Part shown: one piece after another, positions 9,592-18,402 of the stretch
Layout: each line of letters begins with the position of its first letter
How positions within the stretch are numbered: position 1 is the first letter of the stretch
Origin: Bacteroidota bacterium
GTDB taxonomy: Bacteria > Bacteroidota > Bacteroidia > Bacteroidales > SZUA-534
DNA length: 64,000 nucleotides
Assembly (NCBI GenBank): GCA_003250355.1
Contig: QKGS01000087.1
Coordinates: 1,608-65,607 of the forward strand
Direction of reading: 5' to 3'
Notes under the pieces: generated by a model
Databases searched by the model: none
Told to the model about the DNA's origin: nothing
The model's input: only the letters and a program-made list of their open reading frames with translations
Position numbers and translations under genes: made by a program

Positions 9592-9599
9592 TAAGTTTG
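9592..9599 (+). promoter_or_regulatory. -7 promoter box of the PqqD/ATP-grasp operon
   Basis: TAAGTTTG is a perfect TAnnTTTG match 45 nt upstream of ATG 9644. There is no TTG at the expected -33 position. Confidence 0.45.
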
Positions 9600-9643
9600 T
9601 AATGCAAGATACAATACAGGCTATTTATACAAAATTTTCAATT

Positions 9644-9883
9644 ATGAATATAAAGCAAAACATAAGCATTAGTAAAAACGGGTTTTTATTCGATGCCGAA
9701 ACAGGCGACTCTTATTCCGTTAATAAAACAGCAGCCGAAATACTCAACCTTATGAAAGAAGGGAAAAACGAATCGGAAATAAAAAATGCCATAGTAAGCA
9801 AATTTGAAGTTGACGAACTGGTATTTGAGCGCAACTACTATGAATTTACCAATTTGCTAAAGCATATGAATATTATGTACTAA
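9644..9883 (+). CDS. PqqD-family protein (RiPP recognition element-like); ORF track start is 9602, likely start is 9644
   Basis: 79 aa with the three-strand/three-helix PqqD pattern: GFLFDAETGDSYSVNKTAAEILNLMKEGKNESEIKNAIVSKFEV...F..LL. Confidence 0.85.
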   Translation: MNIKQNISISKNGFLFDAETGDSYSVNKTAAEILNLMKEGKNESEIKNAIVSKFEVDELVFERNYYEFTNLLKHMNIMY

Positions 9884-10025
9884 CGTGTGTTAAATTGTAA
9901 GAAACTTCTCAATGTATTGATATTATAACCTTTGTAATTAGTATCAAGTATCAAGACTTGTATAGTTGTTTTACTTGATATATATCACATATTTTTATTA
10001 ATTGATATAATAATTGTTTTAAACA

Positions 10026-11075
10026 ATGAGTAATAAAAAACAAATAACCATAGCCATAACAGGGCTCAATAACGTAGACAACCCCGGCCCGGGTGTACCT
10101 GTAATACGAGGCATACGTGAATCGAAAGAGATAGATGCCCGAATTATAGGTTTGGCATACGAAAACCTTGAACCGGGCATATATATGGAAGGACTGGTAG
10201 ATAAAACCTACCAAATACCATATCCGTCGGCAGGTAAAGAAGCTGTATGGGAACGAATAATGGAAATACACGCACGTGAACACCTCAATGTAATATTCCC
10301 CAACTTCGATGCCGAGCTGTACACATTTATGCTCATGGAAAACGACCTAAAGGAAAAAGGTATAAATATGTTTATTCCTACCATGCAGCAATTCGAAGAA
10401 CGCCATAAAGCAAATCTCGATAAGTTTGGCGAAAAATACGACATAAAAGTTCCCAAAAGTGTAGCATTAGGCTCACTTAACGACATATCGAAAATACGCA
10501 ACGAATTTGAGTTCCCTGTTCTTGTAAAGGGGAAATACTACGATGCTTTTATAGCCTATAATACCGAGCAAATAATAAACCACTACAACAAAATATCGGC
10601 CAAATGGGGGTTGCCGGTTATAATACAGGAATTTATAAAAGGTACTGAGGTAAATGTTGTTGCACTAGGCGACGGAAACGGCAATACCGTTGGTGCTGTA
10701 CCTATGCGTAAACAATACATAACCGATAAAGGCAAAGCATGGGGCGGCATAGTTATAAACAATGAAAAGCTACTAAAAATAACCCGCGACATGATAGCAA
10801 AAACCCACTGGCGAGGCGGTCTTGAAATGGAAATAATACTTACCTCCGACAATCAATACTACCTTATAGAAATAAACCCCCGTTTGCCGGCCTGGGTATA
10901 TTTAGCAGTAGGTGCCGGACAAAACCTACCCGAAGCTATGGTAAAACTGGCTATGGGACAAGAAGTAGCCCCTTACGAAAATTACACTGCCGGTACTATG
11001 TTTATTCGTTACAGCTGGGATTTAATCGGTAGTATCACCGATTTTGAAAAACTGTCGTTATATGGCGAATTATAG
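10026..11075 (+). CDS. ATP-grasp domain protein (amide/peptide ligase-like)
   Basis: FPVLVKG, PVIIQEFIKGTE and YYLIEINPRL ATP-grasp motifs; N-terminal Rossmann-like IAITGLNNVDNPGPG. Confidence 0.88.
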   Translation: MSNKKQITIAITGLNNVDNPGPGVPVIRGIRESKEIDARIIGLAYENLEPGIYMEGLVDKTYQIPYPSAGKEAVWERIMEIHAREHLNVIFPNFDAELYTFMLMENDLKEKGINMFIPTMQQFEERHKANLDKFGEKYDIKVPKSVALGSLNDISKIRNEFEFPVLVKGKYYDAFIAYNTEQIINHYNKISAKWGLPVIIQEFIKGTEVNVVALGDGNGNTVGAVPMRKQYITDKGKAWGGIVINNEKLLKITRDMIAKTHWRGGLEMEIILTSDNQYYLIEINPRLPAWVYLAVGAGQNLPEAMVKLAMGQEVAPYENYTAGTMFIRYSWDLIGSITDFEKLSLYGEL

Positions 11076-11150
11076 CATTTTTCAAAAACAGTAAATACAT
11101 TATCTTTTAATAAATAATGCCCTAACCGGCTTATAAAAATATACACAACT

Positions 11151-12506
11151 ATGAAAGAGAGATATGAGAAACCGGTAATATCGAGAATAAACGCCGGTAT
11201 ACCCGATAAATTTGGAATGAGCAGCCGAATACGTCAGGTGAGTTCAATTAATAACGTACCTGTTCAACAAATAGTGGAACAATACGGTTCGCCTTGTTTT
11301 GTAATATCGGAACAAACTATACGCAACACTTATAAGGATGCTTACAGAGCCTTTTCAACACGATACCCAAAAGTGCAATTTGCATGGTCGTACAAAACCA
11401 ATTATCTCGATGCTGTATGCCAGGTGTTTCACAACGAAGGTTCATGGGCCGAAGTTGTTTCTATATTTGAATACGAAAAAGCTCTGGCAAATGGTGTTCC
11501 CGGTAACCGAATACTGTTTAACGGCCCCGAAAAATCGGCCGATGACCTTATAAAAGCTGTTCAAAACGGGTCATACATACATATCGACCATTTCGACGAA
11601 TTATATACCCTGATAGGTATAACCCAAAATGCAGATAAAACAGCAAAAGTTGCCATTCGTATAAATATGGATACAGGTGTGTATCCCAAATGGGACCGTT
11701 TTGGTTTTAATCTGGAGAACGGCGAAGCATGGAATGCAATTACCCGCATAATGATGCAGGACAAAATGGAGCTTGTGGGTTTGCACACTCACATAGGCAC
11801 ATATATGATGACACCCGACCCATATGGTGTAGCTGCTGCAAAAATGTCGAAACTGATGATTGACATAGAAAACCGCTTCAACCATACACTAACTTATATT
11901 GACCTGGGCGGTGGTTTTGCATCGAAAAATACCCTTAAAGGGGCTTACTTGCCGGGCAAAGATACCTGCCCATCGTTCGACCAATATGCCGATGCTATTA
12001 CCAATGCCATTATTTCGTCGGGTATTGATATTGACAAACTGCCTACACTTTTCCTTGAAACAGGCCGTGCTCTAATTGACGATGCCGGATACCTGATAGG
12101 TTCGGTAAAAGCAAACAAACGACTATCTGACGGCAGAAAATCACTCGTTATTGATATTGGTGTAAATAACCTGTTTACATCGTTTTGGTACAACCACGAT
12201 ATATTCCCGGCATTTACCGAAAGTAAAGTATTAGAAGACACTACCATATACGGACCGCTGTGTATGAACATTGATATAATTCGTGAAGCTATACTCTTCC
12301 CGCCACTAGAACCAGGCGATAACGTGGTGATTGAACGTATTGGTGCTTACAATATGACCCAATGGCTACAGTTCATTACATTACGACCCAACATAGTGTT
12401 AATAGACACTAAAGGACAAATGCACCTGATACGAAAACAAGAAACTATCGACACATTCAAAGCTCAGGAACAATACCCTGAACATCTGAAACCAAAGGAA
12501 ATTTAA
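11151..12506 (+). CDS. PLP-dependent fold-type-III decarboxylase (diaminopimelate/ornithine decarboxylase family), substrate unknown, with an N-terminal extension
   Basis: WSYKTNY (PLP lysine), ILFNGPEK, KFG-like RFG, LHTHIGT, DLGGGF, LETGRALI, GPLCMNIDI and GAY motifs. Confidence 0.88.
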   Translation: MKERYEKPVISRINAGIPDKFGMSSRIRQVSSINNVPVQQIVEQYGSPCFVISEQTIRNTYKDAYRAFSTRYPKVQFAWSYKTNYLDAVCQVFHNEGSWAEVVSIFEYEKALANGVPGNRILFNGPEKSADDLIKAVQNGSYIHIDHFDELYTLIGITQNADKTAKVAIRINMDTGVYPKWDRFGFNLENGEAWNAITRIMMQDKMELVGLHTHIGTYMMTPDPYGVAAAKMSKLMIDIENRFNHTLTYIDLGGGFASKNTLKGAYLPGKDTCPSFDQYADAITNAIISSGIDIDKLPTLFLETGRALIDDAGYLIGSVKANKRLSDGRKSLVIDIGVNNLFTSFWYNHDIFPAFTESKVLEDTTIYGPLCMNIDIIREAILFPPLEPGDNVVIERIGAYNMTQWLQFITLRPNIVLIDTKGQMHLIRKQETIDTFKAQEQYPEHLKPKEI

Positions 12507-12624
12507 GATATGAGATATGAAATTTAAATAAAGGTGTAAGGAAAACGGAGACAGAAAATAGAAACTTGTAACAGTCTCCGGTCTCCTTGCAACCCTGTAA
12601 CCCTGAAACCTCAACTATTAATTA

Positions 12625-14853
12625 ATGAATATAACAAAACAAAAAATATCAATACTTCTGACATCTGTACTAAACAGCTATTCGCAGGTATTTTTTTCAA
12701 ACAATATATTCCTTGCCATAATACTGCTTACGGTAAGCTTTTTCGATTATGTATCGGGTATTAGCGGCTTACTTTCTGTGGTAACCGGGGTGTTATTGGT
12801 TGAAGCCATGGGTATGGATAAGCGTACTATAAAAAGGGGGTTATACGGATTTAACAACCTGCTGGTTGGACTTGGTATAGGGTTAAATTTTCAGTTGTCG
12901 TTCGAGCTTATAGCAATAGTAATATTTGCTTCGCTGCTTACAAGTTTCTTCACATTTGCCTTACAAGGCATATTAGGAAAATATAACCTTTCGTATTTAA
13001 GTATACCATTTTTGTTTGCTATATGGATATCGCTTTTGGCAACTAACCGTTTTAGTGCCTTGGGGTTAAGTATTAGGGGAATATATTCATACAATGAGCT
13101 ATATTCTTTAGGGGGAGTTAGGCTGCTCAACATATATGAAAGTATAGAGCAGAGCCTGCCATTTGCTGTTGTTGTTTACTTCAAATCGCTTGGAGCTATA
13201 TTTTTTCAATACAGCATATTGGCAGGCATTCTTATTAGTTTAGGCATATTGGTATATTCACGAATAGTGTTTTCACTCTCGGTACTTGGATATTTTATGG
13301 CATATTTATTTTACAAAATATTTGGTGCCGATGTTACTCAACTTAGTTACAGCTATATAGGCTTTAACTACATACTGTCATCAATTGCCATTGGCGGTTA
13401 TTTTCTGTACCCATCGTTATATTCGTACCTTGCATCAATGCTCATAATGCCACTGGTGGTAATGATATCATTTGGCTTTGAGCAAATACTAATACCGTTC
13501 AGGCTGGCATTATATTCACTACCATTCAATATGGTTGTACTTATGTTTTTGTATGCTTTACGTTTCAGAACACACAGAGCCACAAAGCTTCGCGAAATAG
13601 TTGTACAACAAAATACACCGGAGCAAAACCTGTATCTGCAAACCAACTATGTAAACCGAATGCGCTCATCGGGTATAGTGTCGGTATCGCTACCGGTAAT
13701 GGGCAACTGGACAGTTAATCAGGGATACAATGGCAAACACACCCATAAAGGCGACTGGCGTCACGGTTTGGACATGGTAATAACCGACGACAAAGGCAAA
13801 GAATATCAACATGAAGGAAATATACTAACCGACTATTATTGCTACGGCAAAAGTGTTACAGCCCCTGCCGATGGTTATATTGTTGAAGTAGTAAACAATA
13901 TTGACGAAAATGCTGTTGGCGAAATAAATATATTGCAAAACTGGGGCAATACCATAGTTATAGAGCATTATCCGGGGTTATATTCACAGGTTAGCCACTT
14001 AATGAAAAACTCTGTAACAGTTAAAAAAGGCGATTTTGTAAAAAAAGGTCAGAACATAGCCAACGTAGGTAATACAGGGCGTTCGCCCTACCCTCACCTC
14101 CATTTTCAAATGCAGGCTTCACCATATATTGGCAGCAAAACTATTGACTATCCGCTAAGTAACTATATAACCTGTTTTAACAATGAGTGCAGATATCATG
14201 CCCACGGAACACCTGCCGAAGGGCAAATTCTGAGCAATGTAGTAACTACTCCTATTATAGCCAAGGCATTCAAATTTTCGCCCGGGCAGCAATACAGCTA
14301 TTCTATTTCATTCCCCGACGGTAAGCCTGAACGTTTCATTAACCTAGAACCCGAATATACTTTTGAAGTGCACATAGACATATATAAAAACACATACCTT
14401 GAATGTAAACAAACGGGTGCAAAAGCATGGTTCTATACCGACGGGCAAATGCACTATTTCTCAAACTATACCGGCAACAAAAACACATTCCTGTTTTACT
14501 TTATGCTTGCACTATTCAAAGTTGAACTTGGCTATTACAGCAATATTGTAATAAAAGATGAAATACCTGCTCACTTTACTTTTTCAGGATTAAAACTTAC
14601 AATTCAGGACTTTTTTGCACCATTTTTCCGATTTATAAAATCGAATTACACACTTAATTTCCAAAACATTGACGATGAATTTTCACCACAAAAAGTACAA
14701 ATACATTCTGAAATACAAAATATAGTTAACCTAAACAAACTTGAACAACTCACATTCAATACTACTATCGACAATAATGGTATTAAAGAAATTACAGTAA
14801 ATATTAACAGCGATATATTTCAGGCCAAATGCTTAAAAAAGGGACATTTATAA
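12625..14853 (+). CDS. Urea-transporter-family membrane domain fused to an M23 peptidase domain
   Basis: The N-terminal ~315 aa are hydrophobic with urea-transporter signatures (SYSQVFFSNN, GLYGFNNLL, LSIPF, GAIFFQ, IGFNYIL, YSLPFN). The central region has M23 features (THKGDWRHGLD, VTAPADG, WGNTIVIEH, SHL, VGNTGRSPYPHLHFQ). Confidence 0.85.
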   Translation: MNITKQKISILLTSVLNSYSQVFFSNNIFLAIILLTVSFFDYVSGISGLLSVVTGVLLVEAMGMDKRTIKRGLYGFNNLLVGLGIGLNFQLSFELIAIVIFASLLTSFFTFALQGILGKYNLSYLSIPFLFAIWISLLATNRFSALGLSIRGIYSYNELYSLGGVRLLNIYESIEQSLPFAVVVYFKSLGAIFFQYSILAGILISLGILVYSRIVFSLSVLGYFMAYLFYKIFGADVTQLSYSYIGFNYILSSIAIGGYFLYPSLYSYLASMLIMPLVVMISFGFEQILIPFRLALYSLPFNMVVLMFLYALRFRTHRATKLREIVVQQNTPEQNLYLQTNYVNRMRSSGIVSVSLPVMGNWTVNQGYNGKHTHKGDWRHGLDMVITDDKGKEYQHEGNILTDYYCYGKSVTAPADGYIVEVVNNIDENAVGEINILQNWGNTIVIEHYPGLYSQVSHLMKNSVTVKKGDFVKKGQNIANVGNTGRSPYPHLHFQMQASPYIGSKTIDYPLSNYITCFNNECRYHAHGTPAEGQILSNVVTTPIIAKAFKFSPGQQYSYSISFPDGKPERFINLEPEYTFEVHIDIYKNTYLECKQTGAKAWFYTDGQMHYFSNYTGNKNTFLFYFMLALFKVELGYYSNIVIKDEIPAHFTFSGLKLTIQDFFAPFFRFIKSNYTLNFQNIDDEFSPQKVQIHSEIQNIVNLNKLEQLTFNTTIDNNGIKEITVNINSDIFQAKCLKKGHL

Positions 14854-16259
14854 TTCTGCTTTTAATATTTGTTACTAATATAAAAGCTCAGAATACTTAC
14901 AATTATTCTATTGATACTATAACTTACAACCAATACCTTAACGGTAAATGGGAAGAACTTTTTGAATCAGTAACCAAAGCTAATACATCGGGAGTCAGCT
15001 TTTATTACCTTACACTGCGAGGTGCTTTTGCTGCATATTACACACAACACTACAGTAAAGCTGTAACAATGTTCAGGCAAGCCGAACAACAGCAACCATT
15101 AAATTATACAGCCAAAGAAATACACCATTTGTCGGCAATATATGCCGGTATGGAGCTTGAGCAAATTCGAACCTACGACTCATTGCCTGCAACAACAAAA
15201 CCTAATTACAAAAATCCTCACCACAAGCTTTTTGAATCGGTATGTGTAGAATCGGGAATAAATACCAATAACAATTTTAACAATATTATTAATACCAAAC
15301 CAAATGTAAATAATGCCTTGTATGCTGAACGAAATTTGCATAAACAAACACTCTATAACGGTATTATATTAACAAACTCCATAAACAAAAAACTTAAATT
15401 AATACAGTCATTTCAATATATTTATGTGAGCCGGGCAACCAGTTTTTATATTGGAAATACTACACCAGATGTTACAACACCGATAACTCCAACCAACCCA
15501 TATAATCCATTACCTCCTCCACCAAATCAGCCACGTTTAAAAGCGGCTTCGTTAACAACCGGCACCGAAGCACATTTCAATACACAATCAACTCAGATTC
15601 AATACTTTTTAAGTTTAAAATACAACATTAACGACAAAGTACTTATAACCCCTGCTTTTACTTACGTAAATTATAATACAGGTACAGTAAATATTGATAC
15701 CAACAGTACAGGCATTTATTATTCAAACCACTTTAACCAAAAAGGAACTCAAACATATTTAATATTAAATATTGCCGGAGTATTCAACAGAAGTATATTT
15801 GCTGTAAACACAAATTACCTTATAGCAGAATACATTTCCCGATGGCAAAATGGTATTAGTGCAAAATTGTATCCATTTGCGTCAAAAAGGCTTTATACCG
15901 AAGGTGAGTTTTACATAAGTACAGGTAGTAACATATCCACAACACAGGTATTGAAAGGTAGTATCGGATATTATTTTAATAATATTTCGATTGAGGCTAA
16001 CTATACAACCGGTACACTATCAAACTTTGCCGACAATAACGGATTATACATTTACAACACAAAAGAGACAATAAATACAACAAAAGGTGTATCAATAACA
16101 GCTAATATTATCAAAAACAAGCTGTGGTTATCGGCTTATTACAAGTATATTACATATAATTCAGCGTATACTGTATATATAAATTCTACATCAAATAACA
16201 ATATCAATTTTGAACATAACAACCACTCAATAACAGGAGGTATAACATGGAAATTTTAA
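14829..16259 (+). CDS. Hypothetical secreted/outer-membrane protein (helical N-terminus, probable beta-barrel C-terminus)
   Basis: Signal peptide ending IKA-Q, alternating aromatic/polar beta-strand pattern, terminal GGITWKF. It overlaps both neighbouring genes, consistent with an operon. Confidence 0.65.
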   Translation: MLKKGTFIILLLIFVTNIKAQNTYNYSIDTITYNQYLNGKWEELFESVTKANTSGVSFYYLTLRGAFAAYYTQHYSKAVTMFRQAEQQQPLNYTAKEIHHLSAIYAGMELEQIRTYDSLPATTKPNYKNPHHKLFESVCVESGINTNNNFNNIINTKPNVNNALYAERNLHKQTLYNGIILTNSINKKLKLIQSFQYIYVSRATSFYIGNTTPDVTTPITPTNPYNPLPPPPNQPRLKAASLTTGTEAHFNTQSTQIQYFLSLKYNINDKVLITPAFTYVNYNTGTVNIDTNSTGIYYSNHFNQKGTQTYLILNIAGVFNRSIFAVNTNYLIAEYISRWQNGISAKLYPFASKRLYTEGEFYISTGSNISTTQVLKGSIGYYFNNISIEANYTTGTLSNFADNNGLYIYNTKETINTTKGVSITANIIKNKLWLSAYYKYITYNSAYTVYINSTSNNNINFEHNNHSITGGITWKF

Positions 16260-16867
16260 AACAAATCACATTAGTTTCAGTATTGTCAATACTTAGTTTT
16301 ACTATTGTTTCACAAGAAACAGAACCAATGGCAAAAGCTTTTATAAAGAGTTTTGAACTCGAAAATACAGGAAAATACAGCGAAGCTGCCGATATTATTA
16401 TAAGTTCATACAACAAAGAGAGTTATGAGTGCAATATGCGTCTGGGCTGGTTATACTACAAAGCCAACAACTACGATAACTCTGCCAAATACTACTATAT
16501 AGCCGGTAAGCTTATGCCCTATTCTGTTGAAGCAAAACTTGCATTAACCCTTCCACTATCGGAACAAAACAAATGGGACGACATAATGCAAGTATATAAA
16601 GATGTGCTGGCAATAGACTCAAAAAACTACAAGGCATTATATAACCTTGGGCTTATATACTATAACCGCAGCCTGTTTTACGCAGCATTCGACAACTTTA
16701 AAATACTCAACAATCTTTACCCTACCGATTACAGCGCATCGCTTATGTATGCGTGGAGTAATGTAATGCTTGGAAAAAACAGGGAAGCAAAAGTACTGTT
16801 CAACAAAATACTTTTGCTCTATCCGTCCGATAAATCGGCAACTGAGGGGTTGAGTATTTTGGAATAA
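16247..16867 (+). CDS. Tetratricopeptide-repeat protein, exported
   Basis: Signal peptide ending IVS-Q. TPR-like repeats: MRLGWLYYKANNYDNSAKYY, ALYNLGLIYYNRSLFYAA, KVLFNKILLLYPSD. Confidence 0.8.
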   Translation: MEILKQITLVSVLSILSFTIVSQETEPMAKAFIKSFELENTGKYSEAADIIISSYNKESYECNMRLGWLYYKANNYDNSAKYYYIAGKLMPYSVEAKLALTLPLSEQNKWDDIMQVYKDVLAIDSKNYKALYNLGLIYYNRSLFYAAFDNFKILNNLYPTDYSASLMYAWSNVMLGKNREAKVLFNKILLLYPSDKSATEGLSILE

Positions 16868-16951
16868 ATTTAATCCATTATTATTCTTTACTGATGATGC
16901 GTTTACTTTTAAAAAATATATGAAAGTATTCCTAAAAAAACAACAAACCTA

Positions 16952-16981
16952 TTGCAAATTCAAATTTTACAGCTAAATTTG
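16952..16981 (+). promoter_or_regulatory. his operon promoter
   Basis: TTG (16952-16954), N19, TAAATTTG (16974-16981), 30 nt upstream of the His leader ATG. Confidence 0.65.
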
Positions 16982-17010
16982 CATTGCATATTTAAAAATG
17001 AAACAGAACA

Positions 17011-17064
17011 ATGAACAACTTGCATCACTATCATCATTCAATAAATCAACGCAACAGCGCATAA
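17011..17064 (+). CDS. hisL: Histidine operon leader peptide
   Basis: MNNLHHYHHSINQRNSA*, with four His codons clustered, located between the promoter and a terminator upstream of hisG. Confidence 0.8.
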   Translation: MNNLHHYHHSINQRNSA

Positions 17065-17097
17065 CTGATGGTGTAGTAGGTACATATAATATTATCG

Positions 17098-17126
17098 AAA
17101 AGCTCGCAGTAATGCGGGCTTTTTTT
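17098..17126 (+). terminator. Attenuator terminator of the his leader
   Basis: AAAAGCTCGCA-GTAA-TGCGGGCTTTT followed by a T-run, 33 nt after the leader stop. Confidence 0.8.
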
Positions 17127-17461
17127 GTTAAAGCTTAATAGGTTCTAAAATATAAGTTCTAAGTTTTAAGTTTTAGGATATAGGTTCTTTGGGCTGCCGC
17201 CTCAGCTACTGCGCTATTGTATCGCATGGGGTAAGTTAACAAGCCACACAAAAGTTTCGTGCGGCAGCAATAAGTAATGAAATCAAATAAATAAATGAAG
17301 TCATTCCTCCCTACGGTAGGAATCTTTATCTTACAACTTATTATAATAAATAAATATGTAGTAGAAAAAAAATAAATAATTAAATAACCGAGAGTGAAAT
17401 AAGGTGTGAGCATTGAGCAATACTCACTACCTAAATATCACTACTCACATACTAAAAAAAT

Positions 17462-18322
17462 ATGGAAACAGTTTTAAGAATTGCTATTCAAAAAAATGGA
17501 CGCTTAAGCGAAAAAACACTTGAGCTACTTAAAAATTGTGGAATCGACTTTACTACAAGCGGTGCTATACTCAAAGTAAAGGCTTCAAACTTCCCGCTCG
17601 AAATCCTTTTCCTGCGCGACGACGATATTCCTGGTTACGTTTCAAAAGGTGTTGCCGATATTGGTGTTTGCGGTGAAAATGTAGTTGACGAAAAAGGATA
17701 TAAAACAGAGCTTGTTCACCGATTAGGATTTGCAAAATGCCGCTTGTCAATAGCTATACCAAAACGTTTCGACTACCCGGGAACAGAATATCTTGAAGGT
17801 AAAACCATTGCAACATCATACCCTGTTATTTTAGGTAAATACCTTAAAGAAAAAGGGGTAAATGCCGAGGTTCGTGAAATAAGCGGTTCGGTTGAAATAG
17901 CACCCGCAATTGACCTTGCCGATGCTGTTTGCGACATAGTTAGTACCGGAAGTACACTACTTGCCAACGGACTTAAAGAGGTTGAAGCATTTTACAAATC
18001 AGAGGCTTTACTAATTTCAACCCCGCAACTTGCAGGTGAAAAGAAAGCTATTCTTGACCAGTTAATGTTCCGTATTAAAGCGTGCCAAAGAGCTAAAAGA
18101 GCAAAATATATTGTACTAAATGCACCTAACAATAAGGTTCAGGAAATTGCAGATATTTTACCCGGTATTAAAAGCCCTACCGTAACCCCACTAGCACAGG
18201 AAGGCTGGAGCTCTATGAGTTCAGTTATTGACGAGAACGACTTTTGGGATATTTGCGAAAAGCTTCACGAAAAAGGAGCCGAAGGGGTACTTGTAATGCC
18301 TATTGAGAAGATGATTTATTAA
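17462..18322 (+). CDS. hisG: ATP phosphoribosyltransferase (long form)
   Basis: LRIAIQKNGRL, LRDDDIP, IATSYP, GSVEIAP, DIVSTGSTL, and a C-terminal regulatory domain. Confidence 0.97.
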   Translation: METVLRIAIQKNGRLSEKTLELLKNCGIDFTTSGAILKVKASNFPLEILFLRDDDIPGYVSKGVADIGVCGENVVDEKGYKTELVHRLGFAKCRLSIAIPKRFDYPGTEYLEGKTIATSYPVILGKYLKEKGVNAEVREISGSVEIAPAIDLADAVCDIVSTGSTLLANGLKEVEAFYKSEALLISTPQLAGEKKAILDQLMFRIKACQRAKRAKYIVLNAPNNKVQEIADILPGIKSPTVTPLAQEGWSSMSSVIDENDFWDICEKLHEKGAEGVLVMPIEKMIY

Positions 18323-18402
18323 AAGATACAAGATTTGCAGTATCAAGAATCAAGACTTCTTTTTCTTGATTTTTGATACTAAATACTTGATACTTATTAG
18401 AA

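Noticed and set aside
9644-9883. PQQ biosynthesis (pqqD)
   Set aside because: No pqqA, pqqB, pqqC or pqqE radical SAM gene is nearby; the fold is a general RRE, so no gene symbol is assigned.
11151-12506. Calling this housekeeping lysA
   Set aside because: The family motifs are present, but the context, the N-terminal extension and motif variants (WSYKTN, ETGR) do not establish DAP specificity.
12625-14853. Urea utilisation locus
   Set aside because: No urease, urea carboxylase or accessory genes are present in the window.
17159-17413. 84-aa minus-strand ORF in the his leader
   Set aside because: Low-complexity Tyr/Phe/Ile-rich translation of AT-rich and repeat DNA, antisense to the operon leader, with no recognisable family.
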